From a virus (lineage: Duplodnaviria > Caudoviricetes): a stretch of DNA of 28,351 nucleotides. The translations under genes and the position numbers were made by a program. Below are positions 1 to 7,580 of this stretch, in pieces. The stretch covers positions 1 to 28,351 of IMG/VR virus record IMGVR_UViG_3300032212_000119. The stretch is one strand, 5' to 3'. Positions within the stretch are counted from its first letter, which is position 1, and each line of letters begins with the position of its first letter. Below the pieces are notes generated by a model that worked only from the letters and a program-made list of their open reading frames with translations, ran no database searches and had not been told where the DNA came from.

Positions 1-567
1 GTTACGCATACCTCTTATTCCAGCAGAACCGGCCTCCATTGTCTGTAAAAGCGAAACACCTTCACTGTCAAACAGCTTCATAGAAAGGCGAACCTTATCA
101 GCTTGATTATCTACACCATTTAATGCGTCAGCTAACGCTTCAAATTGCTCTTCTGGTTTCAATTCATTTAGAGCTTTTGCAGACAAACCTAATTCAAACA
201 GCGCTCCTTTTGCTTCCCCTGTTCCCTGTGCCGCCTCCGCTACACGGCGCGTCATTCTCTGCCAACCCATTGATAAGGTTTCAAATGTAACACCAGATGC
301 TTCAGCAACATGTTTATATTGGGACAAAGCTTCGGTTGAAGCGCCAAGTCGAATTGATAGCTTGTTAATTTTGTCGCCAGCAATCACTCCGTTATTTGCC
401 AGTTTGGCTAATGCGCCGCCAGCCGCCACCAATGCAACAAAAGGAACCGCTGTTTTTAAAGACAAAAATTGCTTACGAAGACCTTTTACTCGTCCGCGAA
501 CCGCATCGAAGCTTTTCCCCGTTTTATCCTGAGCGCGAATATCAAATTTTGCTGCTGGTGTAGACAT
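1..567 (-). CDS. Tail tape measure protein, N-terminal part (runs off window)
   Basis: Not in the ORF track. ATG at 567, open to position 1: MSTPAAKFDIRAQDKTGKSFDAVRGR...GDKINKLSIRLGASTEALSQYKHVAEASGVTFETLSMGWQRMTRRVAEAAQGTGEAKGAL..., an Ala-rich helical TMP N-terminus downstream of the tail chaperone. Confidence 0.9.
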   Translation of the reverse strand, partial: MSTPAAKFDIRAQDKTGKSFDAVRGRVKGLRKQFLSLKTAVPFVALVAAGGALAKLANNGVIAGDKINKLSIRLGASTEALSQYKHVAEASGVTFETLSMGWQRMTRRVAEAAQGTGEAKGALFELGLSAKALNELKPEEQFEALADALNGVDNQADKVRLSMKLFDSEGVSLLQTMEAGSAGIRGMRN

Positions 568-586
568 TTTTTTATATTTTTTCCAT

Positions 587-612
587 AAAAAAACCGCCAA
601 AATAGGCGGTTT
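587..612 (-). terminator. Intrinsic terminator upstream of tape measure gene
   Basis: AAACCGCC-N6-GGCGGTTT hairpin followed by a T-run on the - strand. Confidence 0.7.
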
Positions 613-711
613 AGTTGTTTAAATTTGATCAGTCGGTGAGATCAACGTATTGTCACCAAGACTTAACTTTTTATAAAATTATAATAATTAAATACATTCT
701 CTGGAGATATT

Positions 712-1299
712 ATGAAAACCTTAATGTTAATTACTCTGTTTGCGTTCCTGTCTGCCTGCATAGCACCCCAGTTCACAGTTCGAAAAAATGATAGTCGCTT
801 CGAAGCAGAAGGTTACTATTCAGAAGGCAATAGAATTTCAACCACCTCCATAACTGGCGGTACTCATATAGACGACTACGGTGTATTTATTAACCCTTTT
901 ATTGACACAAAAGGCTCACGCGTTGGTTTTTTTATAACAAACAAAACAAGAACATCTTCTAACTTTGGTTCACCTAATTCTTTAGGCGCTATTACAGCGA
1001 TTACTTTTTTAACTGACAAAGGAGAAGTAAGGCTAAATACGCGAACAAATGCTAACCAATATGGTTCTGGTTTTAGTAACACAATGGCGCACGATTCAAC
1101 ATTGACCTTTAATGAATCAGCATTCACTTATTTAACAGCCGAACAATATAAGAAAATATCAAACTCAAAATCTTTAGTTGTTCATATTTCAGGATCAAAA
1201 AGAAATATGACTTATGAGCCAGACCAAATACAACCTTCATTTCAAGAAAACATAAAAAACTTTTACGAAAAATATGTAATAAAGCGTTTGTTAATTTAG
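712..1299 (+). CDS. Lipoprotein moron (possible superinfection exclusion / lysogenic conversion)
   Basis: Signal peptide with lipobox LSAC (Cys16); GGAGA RBS; AT-rich; opposite orientation to tail genes; TTGTCA (650-655) with TAAAAT/TATAAT upstream. Confidence 0.8.
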   Translation: MKTLMLITLFAFLSACIAPQFTVRKNDSRFEAEGYYSEGNRISTTSITGGTHIDDYGVFINPFIDTKGSRVGFFITNKTRTSSNFGSPNSLGAITAITFLTDKGEVRLNTRTNANQYGSGFSNTMAHDSTLTFNESAFTYLTAEQYKKISNSKSLVVHISGSKRNMTYEPDQIQPSFQENIKNFYEKYVIKRLLI

Positions 1300-1611
1300 C
1301 CTGCTATCTAAAATGCTCATAATATCTAAATAAATTTTAGGCTGATTCATTAAGCCTTTATCATAAGGCAGAATCCCATTTTTATAGTGCCGATAAAGCT
1401 GTAAATAAAAATTTGTTGCTGATGTAATCATTGGCAGCAAGCAAACTCTTGAGCTGATAACGCCGGGTATTTCTATTATCTCAATTGGAGCTTCTCCAAT
1501 CGACTGAGGCCAATCACTATTACCTGCATCCTCAGTACAATGATGATTATATGTACAGGCGCCGCAATTAAAATCTTTTTTATTATTTTCGATTTCGATT
1601 GCGGCTAAAAG
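1291..1611 (-). CDS. Tail assembly chaperone frameshift extension (gpT part of gpGT)
   Basis: The -1 frame after slippery G GGA AAC is open for 106 codons (LLAAIEIENNKKDFNCGAC...YRHYKNGILPYDKGLMNQP...RLN*), lying between chaperone and tape measure. Confidence 0.8.
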   Translation of the reverse strand, partial: LLAAIEIENNKKDFNCGACTYNHHCTEDAGNSDWPQSIGEAPIEIIEIPGVISSRVCLLPMITSATNFYLQLYRHYKNGILPYDKGLMNQPKIYLDIMSILDSRLN

Positions 1612-1961
1612 TTTCCCAACTCTGATCCTGATAAGCGCGAACGATTTGCAATCGCCATGGCTAGCTCCTGTCTATCCCCCCAGGAGATAAAACTAGTAAC
1701 AGCTGGATAATAACTTATCTCTTTGCCATCCGAACCAATTACATTACGGCAATCCTTAACGCCGTAAGTCATTGCAGCCTTCACCCCTTTAGCTGTTAAT
1801 GGCGTTTCGCTTTCGTAGTTTATATTTTCCATCACTTCATCTAACTGGGCGCCAGTAAGCGCGACAATTTTAAATGCTGTAGGTTTATCTTCTTTTTTTT
1901 GAGAAAGTAATTCATACCAACCTTCCTCAACTTTGTTTGTCGTGTCAATTGTAATAGCCAT
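1605..1961 (-). CDS. Tail assembly chaperone (gpG-like)
   Basis: 118 aa from ATG 1961 (AAGGA RBS); lies between tail tube and TMP; ends ...ELGNF at the slippery site. Confidence 0.8.
   Translation of the reverse strand: MAITIDTTNKVEEGWYELLSQKKEDKPTAFKIVALTGAQLDEVMENINYESETPLTAKGVKAAMTYGVKDCRNVIGSDGKEISYYPAVTSFISWGDRQELAMAIANRSRLSGSELGNF
1611..1617 (-). promoter_or_regulatory. Programmed -1 frameshift slippery heptamer GGGAAAC
   Basis: X XXY YYZ pattern in the correct phase, one codon before the chaperone stop; compare lambda G-T GGGAAAG. Confidence 0.8.
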
Positions 1962-1985
1962 TATTTTTCCTTTGTTTTTTCTCAA

Positions 1986-2013
1986 TAAAAAGGCCGCTGA
2001 TTTAGCGGCCTTT
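1986..2013. terminator. Intrinsic terminator after HNH gene
   Basis: AAAGGCCGCT-N5-AGCGGCCTTT with A/T runs on both sides. Confidence 0.75.
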
Positions 2014-2033
2014 GGTTTAGTTTTTTTGTTCTA

Positions 2034-3062
2034 TTAATGAGCCGGCTTTGTTAGTGCATCTCGGTCAGCCCACCCCTTTCTAAGCCTGTTGCGAACAGTC
2101 GCAGATTTAATGTTAAATATTTCTGCCCACTCAGTTAACGGCTTAGTTTGTCCATCTATTTCCATATATATGGTTTTACGTGTGTTATTCGCCTGAGTCT
2201 TGGCTGATGCATAACGACAATTTTCAGGGCTGTAATCTCCATTAACATCTATGCGGTCTATGCTGTGTCCTTCAATAGGTCGCGCCCCCATATCGCTGAT
2301 ATAGTTTTCAAACCTATGCCACCTCTCACAAACCTCTATCCCTCTTGCGCCATAATGTTTATAGCTTTTATTGTTTGGGTTATAACAACGAGAGTGCATG
2401 GCGCACCACACCCCGTACTCTCGAGTGTTAGACAGTCCGTGAGTTTGTTGGTTTACAGCAAAAGACTTTCTGTTTTCATCAAGAAGACATCCGCAAGATC
2501 TTACGTTGTAATTCAATATTGCAGTAGCAGAAACTGCTTTAACGTTGCCACAATCACAATGACAAAACCACTCAATGCTCCCCTCTTTATTTATGGAGAG
2601 CTTGATAGGAGTTAACTTTCCAAACTTTTTACCTTTTATGCTTTTTTGTTTTTTTTCTTTATTTTTAATTCTTACATCTCTTAAGGCTATTATGTTTTCT
2701 TTATGCAAACAGCCGCACGATTTTGTATGTCCGGATTTCATCTTTTTTGCAGATATAACAGCGCTTTCACCACAATCACAAAGACACATCCAATGAACTC
2801 TTCCTGAATGATTTTTTGCTCGCTCTAATACTCTCAACCTACCAAACTTCTTACCCCGTAAATCTTCTGCATTTGCGCCTGCTTTCTGGACGCAACTACA
2901 CGATTTGGTGTGCCCGCTCGTCAAGTGAGTGGTTGACACAGCCTTCTGATTGCCGCACTCACAACTGCACAGCCAGTAGGTTCGGCCTCCTCTCTTTTCC
3001 GCTTCCCTAATTACCGTTAACCGACCAAACACCCGCCCCGTCAAATCTATTTTCTTACTCAT
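2034..3062 (-). CDS. HNH-family (homing-type) endonuclease with three N-terminal Cys-rich repeats
   Basis: Three repeats of GxxFGxLT...WxCxCxCG...SCxC, then HG...YxxWxxMxxRC...YGARGIxVCERW...SIDRIDVNGDYSPENCR; ATG 3062 overlaps the upstream stop (ATGAGTAA). Confidence 0.85.
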   Translation of the reverse strand: MSKKIDLTGRVFGRLTVIREAEKRGGRTYWLCSCECGNQKAVSTTHLTSGHTKSCSCVQKAGANAEDLRGKKFGRLRVLERAKNHSGRVHWMCLCDCGESAVISAKKMKSGHTKSCGCLHKENIIALRDVRIKNKEKKQKSIKGKKFGKLTPIKLSINKEGSIEWFCHCDCGNVKAVSATAILNYNVRSCGCLLDENRKSFAVNQQTHGLSNTREYGVWCAMHSRCYNPNNKSYKHYGARGIEVCERWHRFENYISDMGARPIEGHSIDRIDVNGDYSPENCRYASAKTQANNTRKTIYMEIDGQTKPLTEWAEIFNIKSATVRNRLRKGWADRDALTKPAH

Positions 3063-3264
3063 GACAGTCACCACTCAAGTCGCGGCCTTCCATACCTTCG
3101 ATGAAGGCTAATATTTCCTGATCTGATCGATATGCGATTCGCTTGCCGTGCTTTCGGCTTATTCGACGCACGGTTGCGACTAGCTCGCGCTCTTCTTGGT
3201 TTAAGGGTCTTACTGGAATAAAGTTTAAATGTGTAACGGTTGCTACTGGCTGTTGTGTGATCAT
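3055..3264 (-). CDS. 69-aa protein downstream of c4-like RNA (icd/antirepressor position)
   Basis: Strong AAGGAG RBS (3272-3277) before ATG 3264; coupled to the HNH gene. Confidence 0.75.
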   Translation of the reverse strand: MITQQPVATVTHLNFIPVRPLNQEERELVATVRRISRKHGKRIAYRSDQEILAFIEGMEGRDLSGDCHE

Positions 3265-3312
3265 GGCTGATCTCCTTTCTGCTTTTTTCGAAGTATCAGC
3301 ACCCCTAATAGG

Positions 3313-3399
3313 GTGCCGATGGGAGTTCGAAACTCGGCACAAAGGCAAACGAGCCTACAGCCTTAGTCATTGACCTATAACTGTAGCTCCCACCGACAT
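3313..3399 (-). ncRNA. c4-like (phage P1 c4 / P4 CI type) antisense RNA
   Basis: Outer stem GTCGGTGGGAG/CTCCCATCGGC; inner stems CTACAG/CTGTAG and CTCG/CGAG. GTTTCGAA is complementary to TTCGAAAC (3458-3465) and TTCGAAA (3286-3292). The loop TTTGCCTTTGTGC is partly complementary to GCACTTAGGCGGG and GCAGAAAGGAGA, which follow those two sites. Confidence 0.75.
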
Positions 3400-3411
3400 A
3401 AATCGATGGTG

Positions 3412-3437
3412 CAAAAAAATACCGCGTTGATAGCGGC
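3412..3437 (-). terminator. Attenuator-like terminator between upstream c4 target and c4 RNA
   Basis: GCCGC-N7-GCGGT-A-TTTTTTT; overlaps the alternative pairing partner GGCGGG. Confidence 0.6.
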
Positions 3438-3477
3438 TTTCCCGCCTAAGTGCTTGGGTTTCGAAGCCCATGCACAA

Positions 3478-3506
3478 ACGATACGCCCTCATCATAAATC
3501 CGTCAA
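3478..3506 (-). promoter_or_regulatory. Sigma70 promoter of the c4 cassette
   Basis: TTGACG-17 bp-TATCGT immediately upstream of the first target hairpin. Confidence 0.75.
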
Positions 3507-3586
3507 CCCCCAATGTCGCAGTGACTTCTCTTTGTTATCACCGTAACCAATTTGATCTCTTTACTAATCAATGCGATCCTCGTCGA

Positions 3587-4048
3587 ATGAAAAAACAACA
3601 ACGATCCTTAAATCTTATCGCCAACTTTCAAGATGGTTATTCAACCGATCTTGCCTTTGTATTACCCGCTGCTTTTCGTGCCGCACTTGATATGACTTTT
3701 GACACCCGTAAAAAAGATGGGGAAGCCTATCAAGTTTGGACTCAGGGTAATATTTACAGCTTTAAACGTGGCGACACCATTTATGACCAGCTAACGGCTT
3801 ATACCGAAGACTGGCAAACTGCACTTAAAACCATGAAGCTTTGTCTTGATGTGCAAGACGCTCAATCGGTTGCTTTAGACCCTAATGCGGCTGATGGCCT
3901 TTACCATGGCTCCGTTTGGTTCCATACATTAGTGCCAACAACAGATAAAATAAAAGTAGAAAAAAAAGACTCTTATACCTGCACTCAATTTGAGTTTGTT
4001 GAACTACTTAAAACTGGCACCTTAAAAAACAAAATAAAAATTCTATAG
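3587..4048 (+). CDS. Hypothetical moron protein (153 aa)
   Basis: Part of ORF 3470..4048. ATG 3587 is preferred because the longer start overlaps the divergent promoter; TTGATC-17-(TG.)GATCCT ends 6 nt before this ATG. Confidence 0.6.
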   Translation: MKKQQRSLNLIANFQDGYSTDLAFVLPAAFRAALDMTFDTRKKDGEAYQVWTQGNIYSFKRGDTIYDQLTAYTEDWQTALKTMKLCLDVQDAQSVALDPNAADGLYHGSVWFHTLVPTTDKIKVEKKDSYTCTQFEFVELLKTGTLKNKIKIL

Positions 4049-4055
4049 TTAAACT

Positions 4056-4301
4056 TTATTCTTCTAGTTCTAAACGGAGTTTATCGTATGTCTGACGCGC
4101 AAGATTTGAAGAAAGTAACTGCTTTGCTTGACCAAGCAATTCAAGCATTCCCTCAGAACTCCCCAGAAACAACTCTTCAAGCTCATGCTCTGGGCAGGCG
4201 GCTAATGCGTCTTCGGCTAGATATTTCAAAGCTTCAGAAGAAGCTTGAAAAGAAAGGGTCACCTTAACACCGTTTACTTCAATATGTTGTTCTAGTTGCA
4301 T
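4056..4301 (-). CDS. Hypothetical protein (81 aa, acidic)
   Basis: ORF convergent on the 3587..4048 gene; lies just after a terminator; GAG RBS. Confidence 0.6.
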   Translation of the reverse strand: MQLEQHIEVNGVKVTLSFQASSEALKYLAEDALAACPEHELEELFLGSSEGMLELLGQAKQLLSSNLARQTYDKLRLELEE

Positions 4302-4314
4302 TTGTTTTACTCAT

Positions 4315-4345
4315 AAAAAAGGCCGCTTAAAGCGGCCTTCTTTTT
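4315..4345. terminator. Bidirectional intrinsic terminator
   Basis: AAGGCCGCT-TAA-AGCGGCCTT flanked by A6 and T-runs. Confidence 0.75.
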
Positions 4346-4362
4346 ATTTTATCATTTCCTGG

Positions 4363-4845
4363 TTAACATCGGCACTGTGTTGATGCGGCTATTGACGCTT
4401 CTACTCGTGTTTTGATTGTTGCTGTGCCTATTTGCCCTAACTTGATCGTGCTCACAACAAGCGCAATTAAAAGGAATATTAACCCAAAGAAAACATACCA
4501 ATGTGGCGCGGCAAAAAAGTTAACCGGCAAATAGTGTTTTCTAATTAAGTCTAAATATGTTTTACGCTCGTGTGGCTTCAGCCCTGTTAAACAGCTTTTG
4601 TTTTTGCTGTAAAAAAACAGATAAAGAACGCCACTCGGCAATGCGTTTGCGTGTAAGCTGAATGCGAAAAGCCCTGCCGCTAACCGCTTTAACGTTAGCG
4701 ATGCATTTTCATCGTCTAATATCTTGCGTACTGGTTCGACCATTTTCTCTCGACGCCTTACCGCGGTGAGTTTATTGCTGTTTGAGTAGCGCACTAATAG
4801 ATATAGTGTGATACCAACAATTAAAGCAAATTCGATTTCGTTCAT
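4363..4845 (-). CDS. Hypothetical membrane protein (moron)
   Basis: 160 aa with 2-3 hydrophobic segments; ATGA overlap with the upstream ORF. Confidence 0.7.
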   Translation of the reverse strand: MNEIEFALIVGITLYLLVRYSNSNKLTAVRRREKMVEPVRKILDDENASLTLKRLAAGLFAFSLHANALPSGVLYLFFYSKNKSCLTGLKPHERKTYLDLIRKHYLPVNFFAAPHWYVFFGLIFLLIALVVSTIKLGQIGTATIKTRVEASIAASTQCRC

Positions 4846-5048
4846 TTTGGTGACCTCAATCGTTCATCCTGTTCGATTCTGGCTAACTCTAACCTTTCAT
4901 GGCTGCGGTTGTTTTGCCAAATAATCAAAATAGCAAAAGCAAAAGCTGTAAGCATGCCTAAGATGCAAGGCTCTTGCCCTAACTTCTCGATTAAACTTGT
5001 GGCAACTTCTGTCGCATTTTGCTGTAAATTATTATTGTTATCAGCCAT
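4842..5048 (-). CDS. Small single-pass membrane protein (moron)
   Basis: 68 aa with one hydrophobic helix and a charged tail; AT-rich intergenic region upstream. Confidence 0.65.
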   Translation of the reverse strand: MADNNNNLQQNATEVATSLIEKLGQEPCILGMLTAFAFAILIIWQNNRSHERLELARIEQDERLRSPK

Positions 5049-5169
5049 GGATTCTTACTTTAGGGCGAAAATCACGCCATTTCAAGAATTATTATCACAT
5101 ATTACAATTATTAACCTTAATTATTTCTCTATAAGTATTATCTATGAGGAAGTGTTGCTGCATTGTCGC

Positions 5170-6099
5170 TTACGTCACCACTAAACTAATCGAATCATCG
5201 CCAGCCTGGTCATGCGCCATAAACGGCAAGCCTAATTTCCGCTGTCCGTTTGCATCTTCAAAACCTGCGTCGTTATAGCTTGTTTCTGGCATTGCGATTT
5301 GTAGCTTATTGCCTGCTACTGAACCAATAACGCCAGTATCAATTGCGCGCACCTGGTTTGTTTGCCAATCATTAATAAACCCGTTTATATCGCCTGCTGC
5401 TACTAAAGGATCGATTGAGCCTGAAACGCTACGCGAAATTATGACAGGGTCCGCAAATCCATCGGCTGAGTTTACATTTGGGTTGATTGAAATTTCATTT
5501 TCAACCGCAACGCTTAACTTAGAAAGAATGGCTGATGCACCGCCAACGGTGAAGCTGTTGCCTCGCAACACAGGTGCTTGAACATCGTCTAGCGTGGGTG
5601 CTGGTAACGCTGCGGTAGTTTGTGTGCCTACATGGCCGGTAAAGTTGAATTGCGCAAGAATATTACCGCCTGCCTCACCTTCAAAACTTACGCTGCCTTG
5701 GCATGCATTAATCGGGAATAAGAAGCCATCTTCGTAAACATACAGAGTGATGTATTTATGCCCGAGGCTTAATGGTGCATAAGTGACGCTAGTTATAGCT
5801 ACGATAGTCTCATCAAACCCGCAGCCTTGCATTAATGCGCCCCATTCGGGCGCTGTGCCTGCTGCACCACTGCCTTTTAAGCGTACAGCAAAGCTCACGT
5901 CAAACAGTGCACCACCAAAGAGTGATTGTTTTTTGTTGATTAACGGGCTTGATACATCGCCCTGCTCAGCCATTTTTTGATTTGAGAAGTTGTACGTTAA
6001 CCCCTCAACTAACACTGCATCATTTGCCGGTGTTGGTACGGCCGGGATTGCTGCATCTGTTTGTATTTTTGCTAATACTACGGAGCGTTTAATCAACAT
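5170..6099 (-). CDS. Major tail tube protein
   Basis: 309 aa, beta-rich (GSGAAGTAPEWGALMQGCG motif); follows the tail terminator and precedes the chaperone. Confidence 0.85.
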   Translation of the reverse strand: MLIKRSVVLAKIQTDAAIPAVPTPANDAVLVEGLTYNFSNQKMAEQGDVSSPLINKKQSLFGGALFDVSFAVRLKGSGAAGTAPEWGALMQGCGFDETIVAITSVTYAPLSLGHKYITLYVYEDGFLFPINACQGSVSFEGEAGGNILAQFNFTGHVGTQTTAALPAPTLDDVQAPVLRGNSFTVGGASAILSKLSVAVENEISINPNVNSADGFADPVIISRSVSGSIDPLVAAGDINGFINDWQTNQVRAIDTGVIGSVAGNKLQIAMPETSYNDAGFEDANGQRKLGLPFMAHDQAGDDSISLVVT

Positions 6100-6208
6100 T
6101 TTCGTTTGCCTCTGGTTTAGTTGGCTTTTCTTTTTCTGTTACCGGCGCATCACTTGGCACACGCGGTTTCATTGTTTTGCGCTTTGCTTTTTTCTTTTCA
6201 TTTTTCAT
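6089..6208 (-). CDS. Small charged protein (39 aa)
   Basis: MKNEKKKAKRKTMKPRVPSDAP...NENVD* fills the gap between tail terminator and tail tube and overlaps the tube start; not in the ORF track. Confidence 0.45.
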   Translation of the reverse strand: MKNEKKKAKRKTMKPRVPSDAPVTEKEKPTKPEANENVD

Positions 6209-6214
6209 TTTGAT

Positions 6215-6655
6215 TTATCCTGGATTACCGTAGTTACGTGAATATTTGACCTCCCAAGAGGTTGTTATAACAGAGGCCGGTTTATTTCCTTCGTCCGTTT
6301 CATCTGGTTCGCCGGTTGCGCGTTCTTCAATATCAATCACAAACGGCAAGCCCAGCGTATTATCTGTCTCAAGCGCAATGGTAACTTCGCTGCGAATTAA
6401 ATTTAATCTTGTATCTAAAAGTTCGCTTGTTGCTGTTGTATGTAGATCAACATAAACCGTTAACGTCGAGTGAATTAGTGGAAACGGAGACTCATCAAAA
6501 GGAACGTCGCTACCTTGACGAATAGTTAATGCATCACTAACGCCTTCATCAAAGGTATCGCCTTTCGCACGACCACGCACTACATTTGCGCCGGTGGTCG
6601 TTAAACCGGTTAGCAAAGTTTCAACCTTTGCCATTATTTGTTCTGCGCGGTGCAT
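6215..6655 (-). CDS. Tail terminator / tail completion protein (gpU-like)
   Basis: 146 aa, acidic, MHRAEQI...LIRSEVTIALETDNTLG...WEVKY; synteny. Confidence 0.75.
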   Translation of the reverse strand: MHRAEQIMAKVETLLTGLTTTGANVVRGRAKGDTFDEGVSDALTIRQGSDVPFDESPFPLIHSTLTVYVDLHTTATSELLDTRLNLIRSEVTIALETDNTLGLPFVIDIEERATGEPDETDEGNKPASVITTSWEVKYSRNYGNPG

Positions 6656-7281
6656 TATTTTTGTTTACTCAATATGTGATTTAGTTTTCTTTTAACTTCA
6701 ACAGGAAAGTGTTTTTCTGCCACTTTTCGCATGAAGGCGTGTGTTTCGGGTTTTCTAAAATACTTGCCTGGTCTTGAACCCGAAACTTGATAAATTTTGT
6801 CTCTTGCTTTGCCTTTGCGTTTAAATACTTTTAATTCGCCATTCGAATCAGGCGCGATAAAAGTACCTTTATAAACCTTGCGACCACCGCCCGTATTGGC
6901 GATAACCCCTTTTGCTTTGTACCTTCTTTTTTTGCCTTTGCCGATACGCTTATTAAAGTAATTTACTTTTCTTGTTGCTCTTGTTACAAATTTAATTAAG
7001 TTAACCGTTTTAGCTTCACTTGCATCAACTGTCGCGTAATAACGCCCTTTCTTTTTCTTTGTTGCTCTATTTGCCAACCTAACTTTAATCTGGTCTCTTA
7101 TCGGCTTTTGTTTTTTCTTTTCATCTTTTGCAATTTTACGAACAACTTCTGTTTTTACTTTTCTCGCTGTTTTGTTTAACGCAGGAACAACAACCTTACT
7201 GCGCATTGATTTAGATAAGCTATTTAAATACCGCTCAACATCAACCGTGTTCGCATCGACTCGAAACGTAAAAGCGCCCAT
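6655..7281 (-). CDS. Minor tail / neck protein (gpZ-like)
   Basis: Very basic 208 aa with ALNKTARKVKT and YKGTFIA motifs; synteny. Confidence 0.75.
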   Translation of the reverse strand: MGAFTFRVDANTVDVERYLNSLSKSMRSKVVVPALNKTARKVKTEVVRKIAKDEKKKQKPIRDQIKVRLANRATKKKKGRYYATVDASEAKTVNLIKFVTRATRKVNYFNKRIGKGKKRRYKAKGVIANTGGGRKVYKGTFIAPDSNGELKVFKRKGKARDKIYQVSGSRPGKYFRKPETHAFMRKVAEKHFPVEVKRKLNHILSKQK

Positions 7282-7282
7282 G

Positions 7283-7579
7283 CTATGCCTCGTGCAATAC
7301 TAAAACAACAATGCCGGTACCGTCCGATTGTGGTCCCGCTCTTAATTTAAAGCTTTTTCCGTTTACGCTTATTACGTCGCCTTTTGCGGCAGCGAGATAA
7401 TCGACTTTATAAACAGTAACTACGGGCGCATAACCTTCAAATCCGACTATTTCAACATACTCTCTTGCATAAATACCGCGAATAATAATGGTATCTGGAA
7501 GCACTATATCTGCATTGGAGTTATGCTCGATTGCCGCTGCTGCGGTTATCGAATCAAAATCGTCGCCTTTTTTTGGCAT
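7283..7579 (-). CDS. Head-tail joining protein (gpFII-like head closure)
   Basis: 98 aa with IRGIY...KGDVISVNG...DGTG...L pattern; synteny. Confidence 0.7.
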   Translation of the reverse strand: MPKKGDDFDSITAAAAIEHNSNADIVLPDTIIIRGIYAREYVEIVGFEGYAPVVTVYKVDYLAAAKGDVISVNGKSFKLRAGPQSDGTGIVVLVLHEA

Positions 7580-7580
7580 G

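Noticed and set aside
1054-1066. Operator-like AACCAATATGGTT inside the lipoprotein gene
   Set aside because: Mid-gene, with no nearby promoter; plausible by chance in AT-rich DNA.
3265-3348. N-terminal extension of ORF 3055..3348
   Set aside because: It runs through the structured RNA, and the strong RBS supports ATG 3264. A translated leader cannot be fully excluded.
3313-3399. Cloverleaf containing TTCGAA as a tRNA
   Set aside because: No canonical D or anticodon arm and no CCA end; complementary targets on both sides fit a c4-like antisense RNA.
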